DNA from: Octopus bimaculoides
Taxonomy: Eukaryota
DNA length: 64,000 nucleotides
Direction of reading: 5' to 3'
Assembly: GCF_001194135.2 (NCBI RefSeq)
Contig: NC_068993.1
Coordinates: 46,667,743-46,731,742 of the forward strand
Shown: positions 63,043 to 64,000 of the stretch, in pieces
How positions within the stretch are numbered: position 1 is the stretch's first letter
Layout: every line of letters starts with the position of its first letter
Notes under the pieces: generated by a model
The model's input: the letters and a program-made list of their open reading frames with translations, nothing else
Told to the model about the DNA's origin: nothing
Databases searched by the model: none
Position numbers and translations under genes: made by a program

Positions 63043-63249
63043 GTGAGTTCATTTATCATTGTGTTAGCAGGCTTGTTGCGCATTATGTGTGTGTGTGAAT
63101 GTATCACTTAATGTCTATGTTGGCCTGTATTTGTGTATAACCTATCCACTGCCAAAAATGTGTTCTTCCTATCAGCTGCAAAACTTCATTGTTGCCAACA
63201 TTAATGATGATACGATGAAAGGTGATTGTTGAAATGCATGAGTAGAGGT

Positions 63250-63370
63250 GTGGTATGAGAGGTAAACCACTCCACTTAGCATTTGTTGACCTGGAGAAGA
63301 TAGCTGACATGGTAGATACCTACCATGCTCTGTAGTCACTTTGAAACCTGGAAATAAATGAGTTGAACAT
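63250..63370 (+). mobile_element. Old RTE reverse-transcriptase fragment
   Basis: GKPLHLAFVDLEK.AD.V. Confidence 0.5.
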
Positions 63371-63402
63371 GCTTCTCCGGGTGTTTAATATTTACATGTG
63401 TG

Positions 63403-63449
<47 letters not shown>

Positions 63450-63904
63450 ACACACACTAAATGAATAAATATTCAAAAATATTTAAGCAGATATTATTAT
63501 TAATTATTTTCATTAGTAAAATAAATAACAATAATAATATAAATGGCCAGCAAGCAAAAGCTGATAAATAGCAAATCCAGAATTTTATAATTAATTTATA
63601 ATCATCATAGGGCACGCAAGGTGCCAGCATTGCTATGAAAATCAGAGTTGAAAAATCCTCTAAAAAAACTCTAAAAATTCTCTAAAAAGTTGGTGGGTTT
63701 TTTTCCAGTGATTCCTGGCAATATATATATATATGTGTATATATATATATATATAAAGGAATACCAAAAATGGGACAAGAACGCCAAACATCCAGTCAGT
63801 TAGATGATACAAAAAAGGAACAACAAAACATCCAGACAAACGATTATATATACATATATATATCACCTATCTGTCTTTTTTTGTTTAATTTTGAACCACA
63901 TATA

Positions 63905-63935
<31 letters not shown>

Positions 63936-64000
63936 ATAAAGATATATACTCACACACACACAAATGACATTAGAAATGAGCTGAGAGAAAAATGTGCTGC

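Overview
Eukaryotic, AT-rich genomic DNA dense in microsatellites and SINEs, from a draft assembly with nine N gaps (15918-16613, 17501-17955, 28344-29168, 32317-32668, 34802-34846, 36910-36922, 46828-46940, 49886-50222, 55063-55628). The repeat landscape suggests an octopus or other coleoid cephalopod; that assignment is inference. From 31966 to the window end the + strand carries 22 consecutive GT-AG coding exons (2812 nt, about 937 codons, all intron phases compatible) of the PHR-family E3 ubiquitin ligase MYCBP2 (Highwire/RPM-1), covering the N-terminal region through the RCC1-like domain. The start exon was not found and the gene continues past the window. The rest is mostly mobile DNA: a decayed, near full-length CR1-group LINE; two DD37D (maT) Tc1/mariner relics; a mariner 5' fragment and a mariner MITE; a piggyBac-type MITE family; a solo-LTR-like element with a compact promoter; Tx1 and RTE LINE 3' fragments; at least four SINE families; minisatellites and microsatellites. 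The most unusual signal is three distinct hammerhead-ribozyme-like motifs in small repeats, mostly arranged as inverted (fold-back) pairs. One sits inside a tRNA-headed SINE and one inside a MYCBP2 intron. All gene and family names come from recognition of motifs by eye, not from database searches.
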